From Welwitschia mirabilis (lineage: Eukaryota): 33,277 bases of DNA. Made by a program: the position numbers and the translations under genes. The stretch is taken from the NCBI GenBank assembly GCA_051453625.1, contig JBOZIK010000001.1:16356299-16389575 (forward strand), in the 5' to 3' direction. The notes beneath the pieces are model-generated. The model was given only the letters and a program-made list of their open reading frames with translations. It searched no databases and was not told the DNA's origin. Of the stretch, positions 12,449-24,345 are shown in pieces (positions within the stretch are counted from its first letter, which is position 1; every line of letters begins with the position of its first letter).

Positions 12449-14431
12449 TCCACAATAGTGGAATATATAACATGGCATTTAAAAAATAAAATAGACTATG
12501 GCATAATGTGATATCTAGTAGATTTTATATTATGGAAAAGTATTGATGAATCATACAATGAATTGAAGTTCAAACCCAAACATGTAAGACTTGGTATTGT
12601 AATGGATAGATTTAATCATTTTAGAATGCTTTCTGCTTCTTATAGTTGTTGGCCAGTTATGAGGTTATCTATAACTTATCACAGCATCTATGCATGAAAA
12701 GGTCATATGTGATACTTTCTTTGCTCATACTGGGGCCTAAGCAACTAGAAAAAGATATTGATATGTACCTTTAACCTCTTATTGAATAATTAAAGCTACT
12801 ATGATATAAGGGACTAAAAACATTTGATAGACTAAATAAGGAGTTCTTTACAATGAAAGTAGTGTAACTTTGGATGATAAATGATTTTCTAGCATATGGA
12901 AACATCTCAAGATGGAGCACGAAGGGGAGATTAGCATGTCCCATATGTGCTTATAAGACCAATTATTTATGGTTGCTTCATAGTAGGAAACATTACTACC
13001 AAGGCATAGAAGATTCCTTGATAATAATAATAGGTATAGACAAATGAAAAGACCTTTTAATGGTAAAGTAAAAAAAGAAGAAGAACCCATGTCATTAAGT
13101 AGTGAAAAGATTCTTTTTCAGCTTGACAACATAAATATTACTTCGGGGAAGTGAATTTCTAAACATTAATAAAAGAGAACAAAAATGCCAAAACATTAAA
13201 ATCGAGAAAACCAGTTAAAGGTCACTCCACCTAGTTAATTTAAAAGATCACATAGCAAATGCAAGAAGGTCATTTTGGACATTCAAGAGAAAAGGCATAG
13301 AAATAGATGGAAAAAGAGATCAATACTATTTAATCTCCTATATTAGAAGGTAACAAAAGTTTATAAAATAGTTTATTTATAAATTCTTTTTCTTTCTTAT
13401 GATTCTATTTAATACCTTTTTCATTTCTAACATATACACAGGAACATGATGTTCGACATAATTTGGATGTTATGCATATTGAAAAAAATGTTTATGAAAG
13501 CTTACTAAGCACTATCCTCAATATAAGAGGAAAATCAAAGGATAATTTTAAAGCATGACTTGATCTAAGAGAGCTAGATATCATAGATAAACTTTCACCC
13601 ATTATGATGAATGAAGGTAAAAAGGCATTCCTTCCACTTGCTAGTTTTGTGATGTCAATACAAGAAAAGAATTATTTTCTCAATATGTTATCAGAGTTGA
13701 AAATTCCAAATGGGTATGCATCAAATATTCATATGTATATCCTACAAAAAGAACATAGACTTTCTAGGCTTAAGAGTCATTACTACCATGTCTGTTTGCA
13801 ACTCATTCTTCCCATTGCTTTGCATAACTTACTTCCGTCTAAGGTGCGTCCATTAATAATTCAAATGTGTATATTCTTCAAAGAGATTTATTGCAAGGAA
13901 ATTAATATAAAACTTTTGGGAGAACTAAAATCAAGAATTAGTATCATACTTTGTAATCTTGAGAGAATATTTCCTTGGCTTTCTTCAATATCATGATGCA
14001 TTTATCTATCCATTTGGTAACTGAGATTAGGTTTTGTAGACCCATGAAATATCGATGAATGTATCCTATAGAAAGGTAACAAGCATACTTTTTTTTTTTT
14101 CGCTATAAAAGTAGCTTGTTAATAATTATGAATTAACTATAAAGTTTTTACATGTCTACCTTAGGTTCTTGAAAGTTTTAAAAAGGTATATCAAAAACAA
14201 GAACAAACTAGAGGAATGCATTTCAGAATCTTTTCTTATAGAGGAAGCATTAAATTTTTGCACTAAATACATGATAAATATTGATACATTTAAAAATAAA
14301 TTATAGTGCAATGAAGTTATTAATAATGACTCTAGTAAATAAACTATACATCTAGAAGGAAGATCACTAGGTGTTGCAGATAGAAGAATATTGAGTAACA
14401 TAGAAATTAAACAGGCATATAGATATATGTT
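12449..14431 (+). pseudogene. CACTA (En/Spm) TnpD-type transposase remnant, copy 1 (Transposase_21 and DUF4218-like regions), 5'-truncated by the LTR insertion
   Basis: Translates to STIVEYITWH...PKHVRLGIVMDRFNHF...SYSCWPV...GPKQLEKDIDMYL*PL, then VRHNLDVMHIEKNV, KIPNGYASNI, LKSHYYHV and *MYPIER|FLKVLK. GT-AG introns lie at about 13350-13441 and 14076-14164. Confidence 0.92.
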
Positions 14432-14531
14432 NNNNNNNNNNNNNNNNNNNNNNNNNNNNNNNNNNNNNNNNNNNNNNNNNNNNNNNNNNNNNNNNNNNNN
14501 NNNNNNNNNNNNNNNNNNNNNNNNNNNNNNN

Positions 14532-16521
14532 AAGAAAGAGGACAAAAATGTCAAAACATGGAAAGAAAGAAAACCAATTAAAGGTCATCCCATCATAGCA
14601 AATGTAAGAAAGCCCTTGTGGACATTCAAGAAGAAGAGCATAGCAACAGATGGAAAAAGAAATCAATACTATTTAATCTCTCATGTTTGAAGGTAATAAA
14701 ACTTTATAAAATAGTTTAGTAATAAATTCATTTTCTTTCTTATTATTTTATTTTATATCTTTTTCATTTCTAACATATACATAAGAACATAACATTCAAC
14801 ACAATTTAGATGTTATGTAATTTGAAAAACAATGTTTGTTAGAGGTTGCTAACAACTATCCTTAATATAAGAGGAAAATCAAAGAACAAGCTTGAAGCAT
14901 GACTTGATCTAAAAAAGCTATGTATTAGAGATGAACTTTTACCCACTATGTTGAGTGATGGTAAAAAGACATTCCTTTCACCTACTAGTTTGTGATGTTA
15001 GTACAAAAAAAGAATTCTTTTCTCAAGATTTTATCAAAGTTAAAACTTCGAGATGGGTATTCATTAAATATTCATAAGTATATCCTACACAAAGAACATA
15101 GACTTTTTAAGCTTAAGAGTTATGACTACCATGTTCTTTTACAACTCATTCTTCCCATTTCTTTGTGTAACTTACTTCCATCTAAGATGTGTCCATCAAT
15201 AATTCAAATGTTTCTATTCTTTAAGGAGGTTTGTTACAAGGAAATTACTATAAAACTTTTGGAAGAACTAAAATCAAGAATTGCTATCATACTTTTTAAT
15301 CTTAACAGAATGTTTCCTCTAGTTTTCTTTGATATCATGATGCATTTACCTATTCATTTGGTAAGGGAGGTTAGATCTTATGGCCCTGTGCAATATCGAT
15401 GGATGTATCCTATAGAAAAGTAATAAGAATACTTTTTTTTCCCATAAATATAACTTGTTAATAATTATGAATTAACTATAAATTTTTGCCATGTCTACCA
15501 CTTAGGTTCTTGAAAGTTTTAAAAGGGTATGTCAGAAACAAGAACAAACTAGAGGGATGCATTTTAAAATCTTTTATTATATATGAAGCATTAAGTTTTT
15601 GAATTAAGTACATGACAAATATTAATACATTTAAAAATCGATTATAGTGCAATGAAGTTATTGATAATAACTCTAGTGAATCAACTATACATCTAGAAGT
15701 AGGATCACTAGGTGTTGCAGATAGAAGGATATTAAGTGTCATTGAAATTAAATAGGTACATAGATATGTGTTTTTTAACACACCATGCATTGAATCATTT
15801 GTGACATAAGATAATCATAATTTCATTATTTTATTGTTATTGTATACATTCTTAATTATATTATATGTACAGTTAACACCTACAAGAAATTTGTAGATGG
15901 TTTTTATGAATGACAAAGTCTTCATATCTTTGAATTCATGAGATCACTTTACTACTTGGTTTTAAGAACATGTAATCTATAATGCATTCTATATAAAGGT
16001 ATTAATGGCCATGTAATTTTGATGTCTATAATATGTATGCATATAAATTTGTTGATGTTTCAGATTTACAAGTTAAGAGAAAAAGTCATGCTTAGTGAAG
16101 AACAAGAAAAATAAGTAAAATGATTGTCACATCCTTCAAGTAGACATGCACAAAGTTATAAGGAATACCTAATCAATGGGTATAGGTTTTATGTAAAGGA
16201 AAGAGATGTAAAAATTAACATGTTGAAATAGTGGAGTTTCTATAATTACTTGTACTTCAAGTGTATGAAGTGAAAAGGATAAAAATCCTATAAGTAATGA
16301 TGTAAATTATTATGGTATCTTAAAAGACATAGTCATATTATATTATAATTTCATATTCAATGTTATGGTCTTCAAATGTGAATGAATTGATGTTGTTCAA
16401 TAAGCTAACATCAAGAAGGATGAGTATAGTTTCACGATTATTAATACAAGAAAACACATCAAGGATGATCATGTACAACATGAACCATTCATATTAGCTA
16501 GTTAGGCATCATAGGTTTTCT
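14532..16521 (+). pseudogene. CACTA TnpD transposase remnant, copy 2 / 3' part (DUF4218- and DUF4216-like)
   Basis: ORF 14992-15423 (FPLVFFDIMMHLPIHLVREVRSYGPVQYRWMYPIEK), then YLINGYRF and YYGILKDI...FKCE*ID...KDEYSFT...EPFILAS*AS*VF. 14532-15771 duplicates about 13168-14431. Confidence 0.92.
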
Positions 16522-17408
16522 NNNNNNNNNNNNNNNNNNNNNNNNNNNNNNNNNNNNNNNNNNNNNNNNNNNNNNNNNNNNNNNNNNNNNNNNNNNNNNN
16601 NNNNNNNNNNNNNNNNNNNNNNNNNNNNNNNNNNNNNNNNNNNNNNNNNNNNNNNNNNNNNNNNNNNNNNNNNNNNNNNNNNNNNNNNNNNNNNNNNNNN
16701 NNNNNNNNNNNNNNNNNNNNNNNNNNNNNNNNNNNNNNNNNNNNNNNNNNNNNNNNNNNNNNNNNNNNNNNNNNNNNNNNNNNNNNNNNNNNNNNNNNNN
16801 NNNNNNNNNNNNNNNNNNNNNNNNNNNNNNNNNNNNNNNNNNNNNNNNNNNNNNNNNNNNNNNNNNNNNNNNNNNNNNNNNNNNNNNNNNNNNNNNNNNN
16901 NNNNNNNNNNNNNNNNNNNNNNNNNNNNNNNNNNNNNNNNNNNNNNNNNNNNNNNNNNNNNNNNNNNNNNNNNNNNNNNNNNNNNNNNNNNNNNNNNNNN
17001 NNNNNNNNNNNNNNNNNNNNNNNNNNNNNNNNNNNNNNNNNNNNNNNNNNNNNNNNNNNNNNNNNNNNNNNNNNNNNNNNNNNNNNNNNNNNNNNNNNNN
17101 NNNNNNNNNNNNNNNNNNNNNNNNNNNNNNNNNNNNNNNNNNNNNNNNNNNNNNNNNNNNNNNNNNNNNNNNNNNNNNNNNNNNNNNNNNNNNNNNNNNN
17201 NNNNNNNNNNNNNNNNNNNNNNNNNNNNNNNNNNNNNNNNNNNNNNNNNNNNNNNNNNNNNNNNNNNNNNNNNNNNNNNNNNNNNNNNNNNNNNNNNNNN
17301 NNNNNNNNNNNNNNNNNNNNNNNNNNNNNNNNNNNNNNNNNNNNNNNNNNNNNNNNNNNNNNNNNNNNNNNNNNNNNNNNNNNNNNNNNNNNNNNNNNNN
17401 NNNNNNNN

Positions 17409-19780
17409 CTCTTCAGGTTTTGAGAATGTTAATGATTCTTCACAATAAGAGCAAAGAATATCTGATACTATTCTAGGTAATAATAGAAAGATGTTTAAGA
17501 ATAGGCACTCCATTACTTTTTCATTTTTATTAATTATATATCTTCTAATGTATAGGAGAAGGTGGTGTTAGCTCCAATTCCACAAACAGTGGAAAATCAA
17601 AATGCCTTGATCGAGCCAAAGTTCAGCATAATGAGAAGATACAATTGAGATGGAATAAGAAAGGCCAAGCGGTTGATTCAAACAGAGAAGAATTATCATC
17701 CTACTTGGGGAAAATAGTAAGGGATAATAGAGTTGCACCAAAAAATCATAAGAATTGGAGGGAATTACCTGAGAATTTCAAGATTGATGTATGGGAGATG
17801 GTCAAGGCATGTTATTATTCAATAATTATTACACATATGTAACTTGTAATTATTACATCCCATTTTAACGCATGTCAAACATATAGCAAAAATTTGAAGT
17901 GTCTAAAGAGAATAATAACTTAATATTTAAAAATATGGATAGACAATGGTGTGAATGAAAAAACAAAGTGATAAGGGACTTTTATGTTACTTACAATAAT
18001 GACGTAAATAGGCTTATACATGTTTCTAAGGGGTTTCAACCATAACAATGGCAAGAGATGATGGCATACTTTAGTTTAAATGAATGGCAAGTATGTAAGA
18101 TGTATTTTAAGAGTTTTAACATAGAATGCATTCTAAAAGAATTGTTAGGATCTTTTTAGCATTCAATTTTGCTATATGTTAATAGTAATTAAGACAAAGA
18201 ATCAAAAGATATAAGAGGCAACAAGTTTTACATCATATTAGTGGATGAAAAACTATGAAGCAAATATAAGATGATATAGTATAAAGTGTTGAATTAATAA
18301 GAGTAAATTTTTTTCCAATGTGTTGTTTCTAATGTTATAAATACTAATTATTATAGAGAGTTGAGATAGATGATCTATCATCAATAATAGATTGTATGAG
18401 TGTATCAAAAAAGGCACAAATTAGGCCTAATGGATCAGTAGCTACAACATAAACTACTGAAATTACTATAACTATTGAAATTAGCATATTAACTACTAGA
18501 GATAATTGTATTGCACATGTGTTAGAATCATGTATTAGATCTTAAGCATTCTAATAGAGTTCATGCTGCCAGTGACTCTATAATAAGAAAAAGATTTTTC
18601 CAAAGAAAACACCCTTTATGAGATCATATCAAGTTGTTCATAATTTAAATGTAATTAGAAAGGAAAATGAGAAACTTAAAAGAAATTAGCAATGATGGAA
18701 GAAAAAATTTTAAAAATTATAAATATGTTACATCAAGCTGGTCCTGTGGTGAGAATGCAACTTCATTTTTTGTAATGATAATATACTTTTTATTATTTGA
18801 TAACATGATTTTCAAATTATAGAATGGAATTATCTTGAAAACACTCTAATTTGATAATGTTAATTCTTCCATGGTACAAAATAATGATTCAATGAAGGTA
18901 ATAAAGAAATACTTATTTTACTCTATGTACTTTATTGAAATAAAAATATATAAATTAATTTATAACTTTCATTGTTTTCTAGTTTAATGAAGGTGAATCA
19001 TCCAGAAGTAAAGTTGGGAATGAGAAATCGAATATGAACTCAGTTCTAAATAGATCAAGTGGTTCAAAGCAAATTTATAGTAGAAAGGTTTAAACATATA
19101 TTGCCTTATGTAAGTAATGGTTTGAGTTATTTATTACATTACTAAAGTATTTTTCCTTTTTCTAGGATAACACTGTATCACCTTGTCAGTTATTGGATAT
19201 GTACAATAAAGTTGTAGTAAAATAGTAATTATGGGGAGGTATTCCAAATTTATATTTAATAATGAAAGATTAAAAGAAGGATTTCTTACAGTTTTTGTGA
19301 AAGTAGTGAAAAATCCTAAAACACCATTAATAGTACAAGAAAAGGACATTACTACATTAAAGGAGGCAAAAGAAGAGGTTACTGCATGGCCTTCACAATA
19401 TGTTAAGAAGGTAACTAAATATCATTTTATGTTTAATTACTTAGTTATCATTTAAGTTTAACATTAGTCATTATGTTTGTTAATCATATGTAGGTTATGG
19501 ATGGATCACCAAAAGTACCATTACCATTATTGAATAAAGAATTCATTCTCAAGGATGGTCAATGCAATACTGTAGCTATTGGAATAATACTTTTGGATAC
19601 CCCTACATCATTAGTTCATCATGCACTACTTAGTGACCATGCTTACAAAGTTAAATTGGCAGTTATTATAATTTATAGCACTGAGTTATTTTACAAGACA
19701 AGTTTTACAATGACTCTTACTGATGTTGGGGTTAATAGCATTACATCTTAGCCAAAAAAATATACTATAATAATTTAATA
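17409..19780 (+). pseudogene. CACTA TnpA/Ptta-like (Transposase_24-associated) multi-exon gene remnant with C-terminal repeat domains
   Basis: WNKKGQAVDSNREELSSYLGKIVRD..APKNHKNWRELPENFKIDVWEMVK; next exon QKFEV...QWCE*KNK...QWQEMMAYF; exons ~19168-19410 (VFVKVVKNPKTPL...TTLKEA..VTAWP) and ~19495-19775 (VAIG...VHH..L...AYKV...TLTDV...*P). The position after TnpD is typical of CACTA elements. Confidence 0.8.
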
Positions 19781-20285
19781 TTTTATGTGATAGTGTAATC
19801 TTTATTGAGAATTTCTAAAACATTGAAACCATGCAAGACTTATGTCTTGAGTAATTGTTGAATGTGAAAATTGGCCTTTTGTTCCATAGATGCACTTATT
19901 TTATTCATAAATGTAACTCGTAGTTGTTGATGAATCCAATGTCTACTTGGAAGGTTGGTTTTAAAAATCTTATTTATTAATTTTGCATTCAAAATTAATG
20001 AAATCTATAAATTGTAGAAATTTATTACATAAATGTTGGTTGTTGATTTGAAGGGAAAATTTAAGTGCCTATTTAGATGATGGATAGACTATAAGTATGA
20101 ATACACATATTTTGTATATGTGGGATATCATTTCATTTTCCCCTTTTGTTATCTGTAAGGAGGTATACTACCTCTTGATGTAACTTAATCTTAAAAAACA
20201 TATCTTTGTCTTTCACAGAGTGCAAGCATACTTTGCTTTTATTATTTTCAAGTTTTATTGGATCTTACATGTTTGTACATATTAG

Positions 20286-20435
20286 ATGGTATTTTATGTG
20301 TGAGTTGGAGCATCTCATTACAAGGATGTATGAAGGAAGAGTCCTCATATCACTTTCTAGAATATTATCAAAAATAGAGAATATTATCCCTAATCTTAGT
20401 TTTGGCAGGGAACAAGATGTCCATGACCTTTTAAG
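20286..20435 (+). pseudogene. Captured exon of a ubiquitin-specific protease (plant UBP15-19-like)
   Basis: WYFMCELEHLITRMYEGRVLISLSRILSKIENIIPNLSFGREQDVHDLLR|GT matches the recalled WCxxCE.E...S...ILS.I..I...L..GRQEDAHEFLR motif and ends at a GT donor. Confidence 0.78.
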
Positions 20436-20666
20436 GTGAATATTTCTATTTGTTTATAAACTATGTTTAGGCTTGGAGCTAAAAAGTTTTTCTTTTCCTC
20501 TCTCCCATTTATTTAATTACAAGAAACTTATTATCATTTTCTATTTTGTTTGAATAAGTATCATTATGATAGATGCAATTTGTATATCAATAGGCTTGAA
20601 TACTTCCCACTTTCTTATTTGATGACTTTATAGCTTGTTTATCTTTCATTCTTAACATCTTTGTAG

Positions 20667-20770
20667 GTAATATCATATTAATAGAATTATAGCTTAAAGT
20701 AAAGGCACTGAATACTTTAAGGCTTCTTATTATTGTTAAAGCTGGCTTTCTGGATTCTATAGCACTCAAG
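20667..20770 (+). pseudogene. VPS13: Captured exon of VPS13 (chorein N-terminal domain)
   Basis: 104-nt AG|...|GT exon reading (G)NIILIEL*LKVKALNTLRLLIIVKAGFLDSIALK, versus recalled plant VPS13 GDVELTNMQLKPEALNALKLPVKVKAGFLGSVKLK. Confidence 0.78.
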
Positions 20771-20957
20771 GTATTTTAAGAGCATTTTTCAGGAAAGCTT
20801 AGGTTACAGTTTAGAAATAACCCTATGTAAATTAAAATTATTTTTAAGAAGTATACATGACATTTATAGTTTAAGAATTCTCTTATTGTTGTCATTACCC
20901 TTGTATCTTCCATTTAAAATTTTGCATTTACTGTTCATGAATTTAGAACTCATATAC

Positions 20958-21065
20958 CCCAAGTCAAGTATTATAACTATTCTTCCTACATTCATCCAAA
21001 GTTGCTGGCCTCATTTATATCATTTAATACTACATATCCCAAGTCAAGTATTATAACTATTCTTC
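20958..21065. repeat. 28-bp perfect direct repeat, two copies 80 bp apart
   Basis: CCCAAGTCAAGTATTATAACTATTCTTC at 20958-20985 and 21038-21065. Confidence 0.9.
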
Positions 21066-22971
21066 TGATTTAAGATTACGTGTTAGCCTTTAATACTAAC
21101 CTAATTGATAGCCCTTGCTCTTCTAGGGTTCTCTTCAATTCTCTTCTACTTCAAGATTATAATACTATAATCTTAGTTTTCATGCAAACTAGCTCCACTA
21201 GACTTCTTTTACATTGCATTAAGAATGCATTAGGTGTGTTCCCATAATTTAATGCAAGTTCTCTATAGGCTAAATGTTTATGGAAGACTCTAATTATAGC
21301 ATTGTAAAGATCCATTTGGTAGAAATCTTTCAATTAGTCATGGTTGCAACACTACTCCTCAAATATGATCTACCCTAATTTATTCAGTTTGGGTATCAAT
21401 GGTTTCATCTTTATTATGGTTGTTTTTATGGAAGTTAAAATGGCTATTACATAATTTTCTATGTTAGATATCATTACAACATTACAATTATTTTACATAG
21501 ATAAAGAAAGTAGCTTTATCTTATCATGGGAGATTCTCGAGATCTAAATCCAAATCATGTTTTAGACTACTTATGTAATATTACAAAGGAAATTATTTCC
21601 TTTTCTATAGTTTTACAATCACTCAACATCATCATATAAGTAATCTATTCTTACAACTTGATTTTTAGGATTTAAGTACATAACTATAACATGTTGTGGG
21701 GCAAAACGAAGTGAGTACCATAATGACTTTTCATTGGAATGTTGTATATTTGATTAAATGGAGAGCTACATGGTGTTGACTTATTTAATTAAAGAGTACT
21801 TAGTAACTAATTAGTAATTAGTACCTAATGAAAACATTTTCTCATTGCAATTCTTTACTTTGATTTCAAACTCTTACATTTCTTAAAAATAATGAGTAAT
21901 ATTCAAGCCACAACTAGCTTTTGTAAAGGCATTTATCAAAGAACCAAACACAAAAACATCAGGATATAGTTTTCTATTCATAATCCACTAATAGGTTTGT
22001 CATGCCTCATTTTCTTACCTTTCCTAACTTCCTATAAGCAATAATCAAAGTAGCAAATAGTTTACTTTTTAGCTAAAGCCTTTCTTGTTGCATTCTAATA
22101 TGACATATTTTTTATTCATCCAAAGGTAATATCCCTGCATAAAATTGGATGACAGTGGAAAAGAGGACTTAATCAAGACTAATACCTTAGGTATTCATGG
22201 TTTTAAATAAATTAAAAGTGTTATCACATAATCTTCCAATTTCATATTTATTAGAAGCATAGTATCTTTTATTCCCTTTTTCTCTAATAAATGCTCCTTG
22301 TTAGATGTTTTTCATGTCAAAGATTTTCCAGTCTTTGTCATTAATTCTAGCATGATATGATCATGCTTAATATCATAGATCATCTCTAAGGGAATTACTT
22401 TTGTAAAAGTGCCACATGAAACCATTGTATTTATTTTCATGTTAAAATTGTTAATATATTTGCTTTATTGGGATTGTTAATTTTACATATAAATATGGCA
22501 CATCAATTATTAATAAAGATGAGTACACCATGAAGTAAAACAAAGTTCTTAGTTTTCAAATGTCTAAAGAAGAGGAATGGATAAGTGGCTATAGAGCATT
22601 GTATTTCAAAGTAAAGAGCAATAGTTAGGGGAATAAGTATAGAAGAGAGTTGGTTATTTTACTTTTTTTTATATGTCCTCATAGTTTTTGTGTTGTTAAG
22701 AGATGTACTTACATCATGGATATGGTTAAAATGTGTTGTGTTAATACACATTGCTTACTAGATTATCTAACTATTATCACTAAAATAGTTTGATTTTAGG
22801 ATTTATTAAATAGTTATTCCTTCTTGAATTTTTCTAGCTTTTTCTTAAAACATAGGTTTTGTAAGTTTTCTATAATTGCTAGCTTTAGCAATATGAATGA
22901 ATTTGGGATTTCTATAAAAATTTGATGTTCTAGCTGATGATGAAATAAACATGCTTAGTATTGTATTGTAG

Positions 22972-23103
22972 ACTATCATGCCATCAAGTCTAAAGAATCT
23001 TGCACATATACCTATGTGCAAAGGAGAAAAGCTTGTGTGTGTCCTTATTGCAATATACTTATTTCCTATTGCAATTCACTGAAACTGGGCTTATGATGAG
23101 CTA
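22972..23103 (+). pseudogene. Captured exon of a lysine/histidine transporter-like (LHT8-like) amino-acid transporter
   Basis: 132-nt AG|...|GTAAG exon reading TIMPSSLKNLAHIPMCKGEKLVCVLIAIYLFPIAIH*NWAYDEL, versus recalled TMPSTFKHPAHVPMWRGAK...LIA.C.FPI.IGGFWAYGNL. Confidence 0.85.
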
Positions 23104-23414
23104 GTAAGTTTCCTTTCATTTGATTTATTCTTAACAAGCTATTATCAATGTTTTATCTTTAAAATATTCTTATCCATACTCTTTATGATTTTAATGATTC
23201 TATGTTTACTACACTAAGAAAAGTCAACAAATAAGAAGAAATAAAAACATTTGTTACTAATTTTGATGAATTAATGTTTTCTATATCAAAGAAGTATAGG
23301 ATGTAAGAAGAATTAAAACATTGAGAGAGAATTAGTACAAGAGCACTAAGAAAAGGAAGAAATTCTATCCAAATATAAAAAGTTGATGATCATCTACTAT
23401 TTACAAGGCACTAA

Positions 23415-24070
23415 ATACAAGAGTTGAGAGATTTAATAGTAGGAGAAGAGCTTGTACCTGAAGTGAGTGCTTTATTGACTTAATAATTATTCAAGAATAA
23501 TACATTAAGGCTTCTAATCCAATGTCTACCTAAGTTAAATTTGGAGGCATGTAAAGATATAACCCAAGTATTTGCAAATTTGTAGAGGTAATGAGTGTAG
23601 TAATAAGTTATTGCTTTTGATTATTTCAAATCAAAAAAAGACCTTCTTGATCTATTGATATAAGGGTATGAAGACATTGATCTAGCCTTGTATCATGGTT
23701 CAACATTAAAATATTTCATATGCCATCAAAGCATTAGTGAGATGCTGCTACTACATTTAAAAAACTTTTAACTAGANNNNNNNNNNNNNNNNNNNNNNNN
23801 NNNNNNNNNNNNNNNNNNNNNNNNNNNNNNNNNNNNNNNNNNNNNNNNNNNNNNNNNNNNNNNNNNNNNNNNNNNNAGACATAAATCAACTATAGCAAAC
23901 CTTATTATTAAGAATTAAAATTAGCTTTTAGCTTAATATGATTCAAAGCTTCTAGATTATTCAAACTACATTCTAGGACAACAAGTAGTTAAACTTCTTA
24001 AAGGCATTTTACTAGATCTTTCAAACTTAATAGCTATAAGATGTTATGCAAGCTACGTTAATGGTTAGAA
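23415..24070 (+). pseudogene. MO25: Intron-less MO25/CAB39-like gene fragment
   Basis: [35 protein letters not shown]...GYEDIDLALYHG...HQSI / DAATTFKKLLTR [gap] RHKSTIA...YDSKLLDYSNYILGQQVVKLLKGILLDLSN, a strong match to plant MO25. Confidence 0.92.
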
Positions 24071-24164
24071 CAATGTCCCTTGAACTTCATATCTAAGAAC
24101 ACAGACAATGCCTTTATATTCCTTATATAGAAAAACTCATGGTTAGATATTAGAAATTCATTTC

Positions 24165-24345
24165 CATTTCAACAATTGCCAATGTAAAGGACTAACCATT
24201 GCAATGAAACATAGGACTGTCTAGAGATATTTAGGCGCCGAAATCATTCCCCACATAAAAATAGATTATAGGGCATTGAGATAAGCCCTCTATGACTGTA
24301 TATCACTCCTTTTAAATTAGCAGTTATTCTTGAAGTGTAGATAGA
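24165..24345 (-). pseudogene. Fragment of an acyl-activating enzyme (AMP-binding, AAE family)
   Basis: Minus strand with two frameshifts: IYTSRITANLKGVIYSHRG/AYLNAL*SIFMWGM..PKYL*TV/MFHCNG*SFT, matching YTSGTT..PKGVVYSHRGAYL...YLWT.PMFHCNGW. Confidence 0.88.

Noticed and set aside
20958-21065. Repeat-spacer-repeat resembling a CRISPR array
   Set aside because: Only two copies, eukaryotic context and no cas genes.
21501-21710. Three-micro-exon gene model
   Set aside because: The implied introns are only 36 and 29 nt and no protein was recognised.
23212-23224. CACTAAGAAAAG (also 23344, CACTACATG near 26496, and scattered TAGTG) as CACTA termini
   Set aside because: No matching inverted partner, subterminal repeats or TSD; expected by chance.
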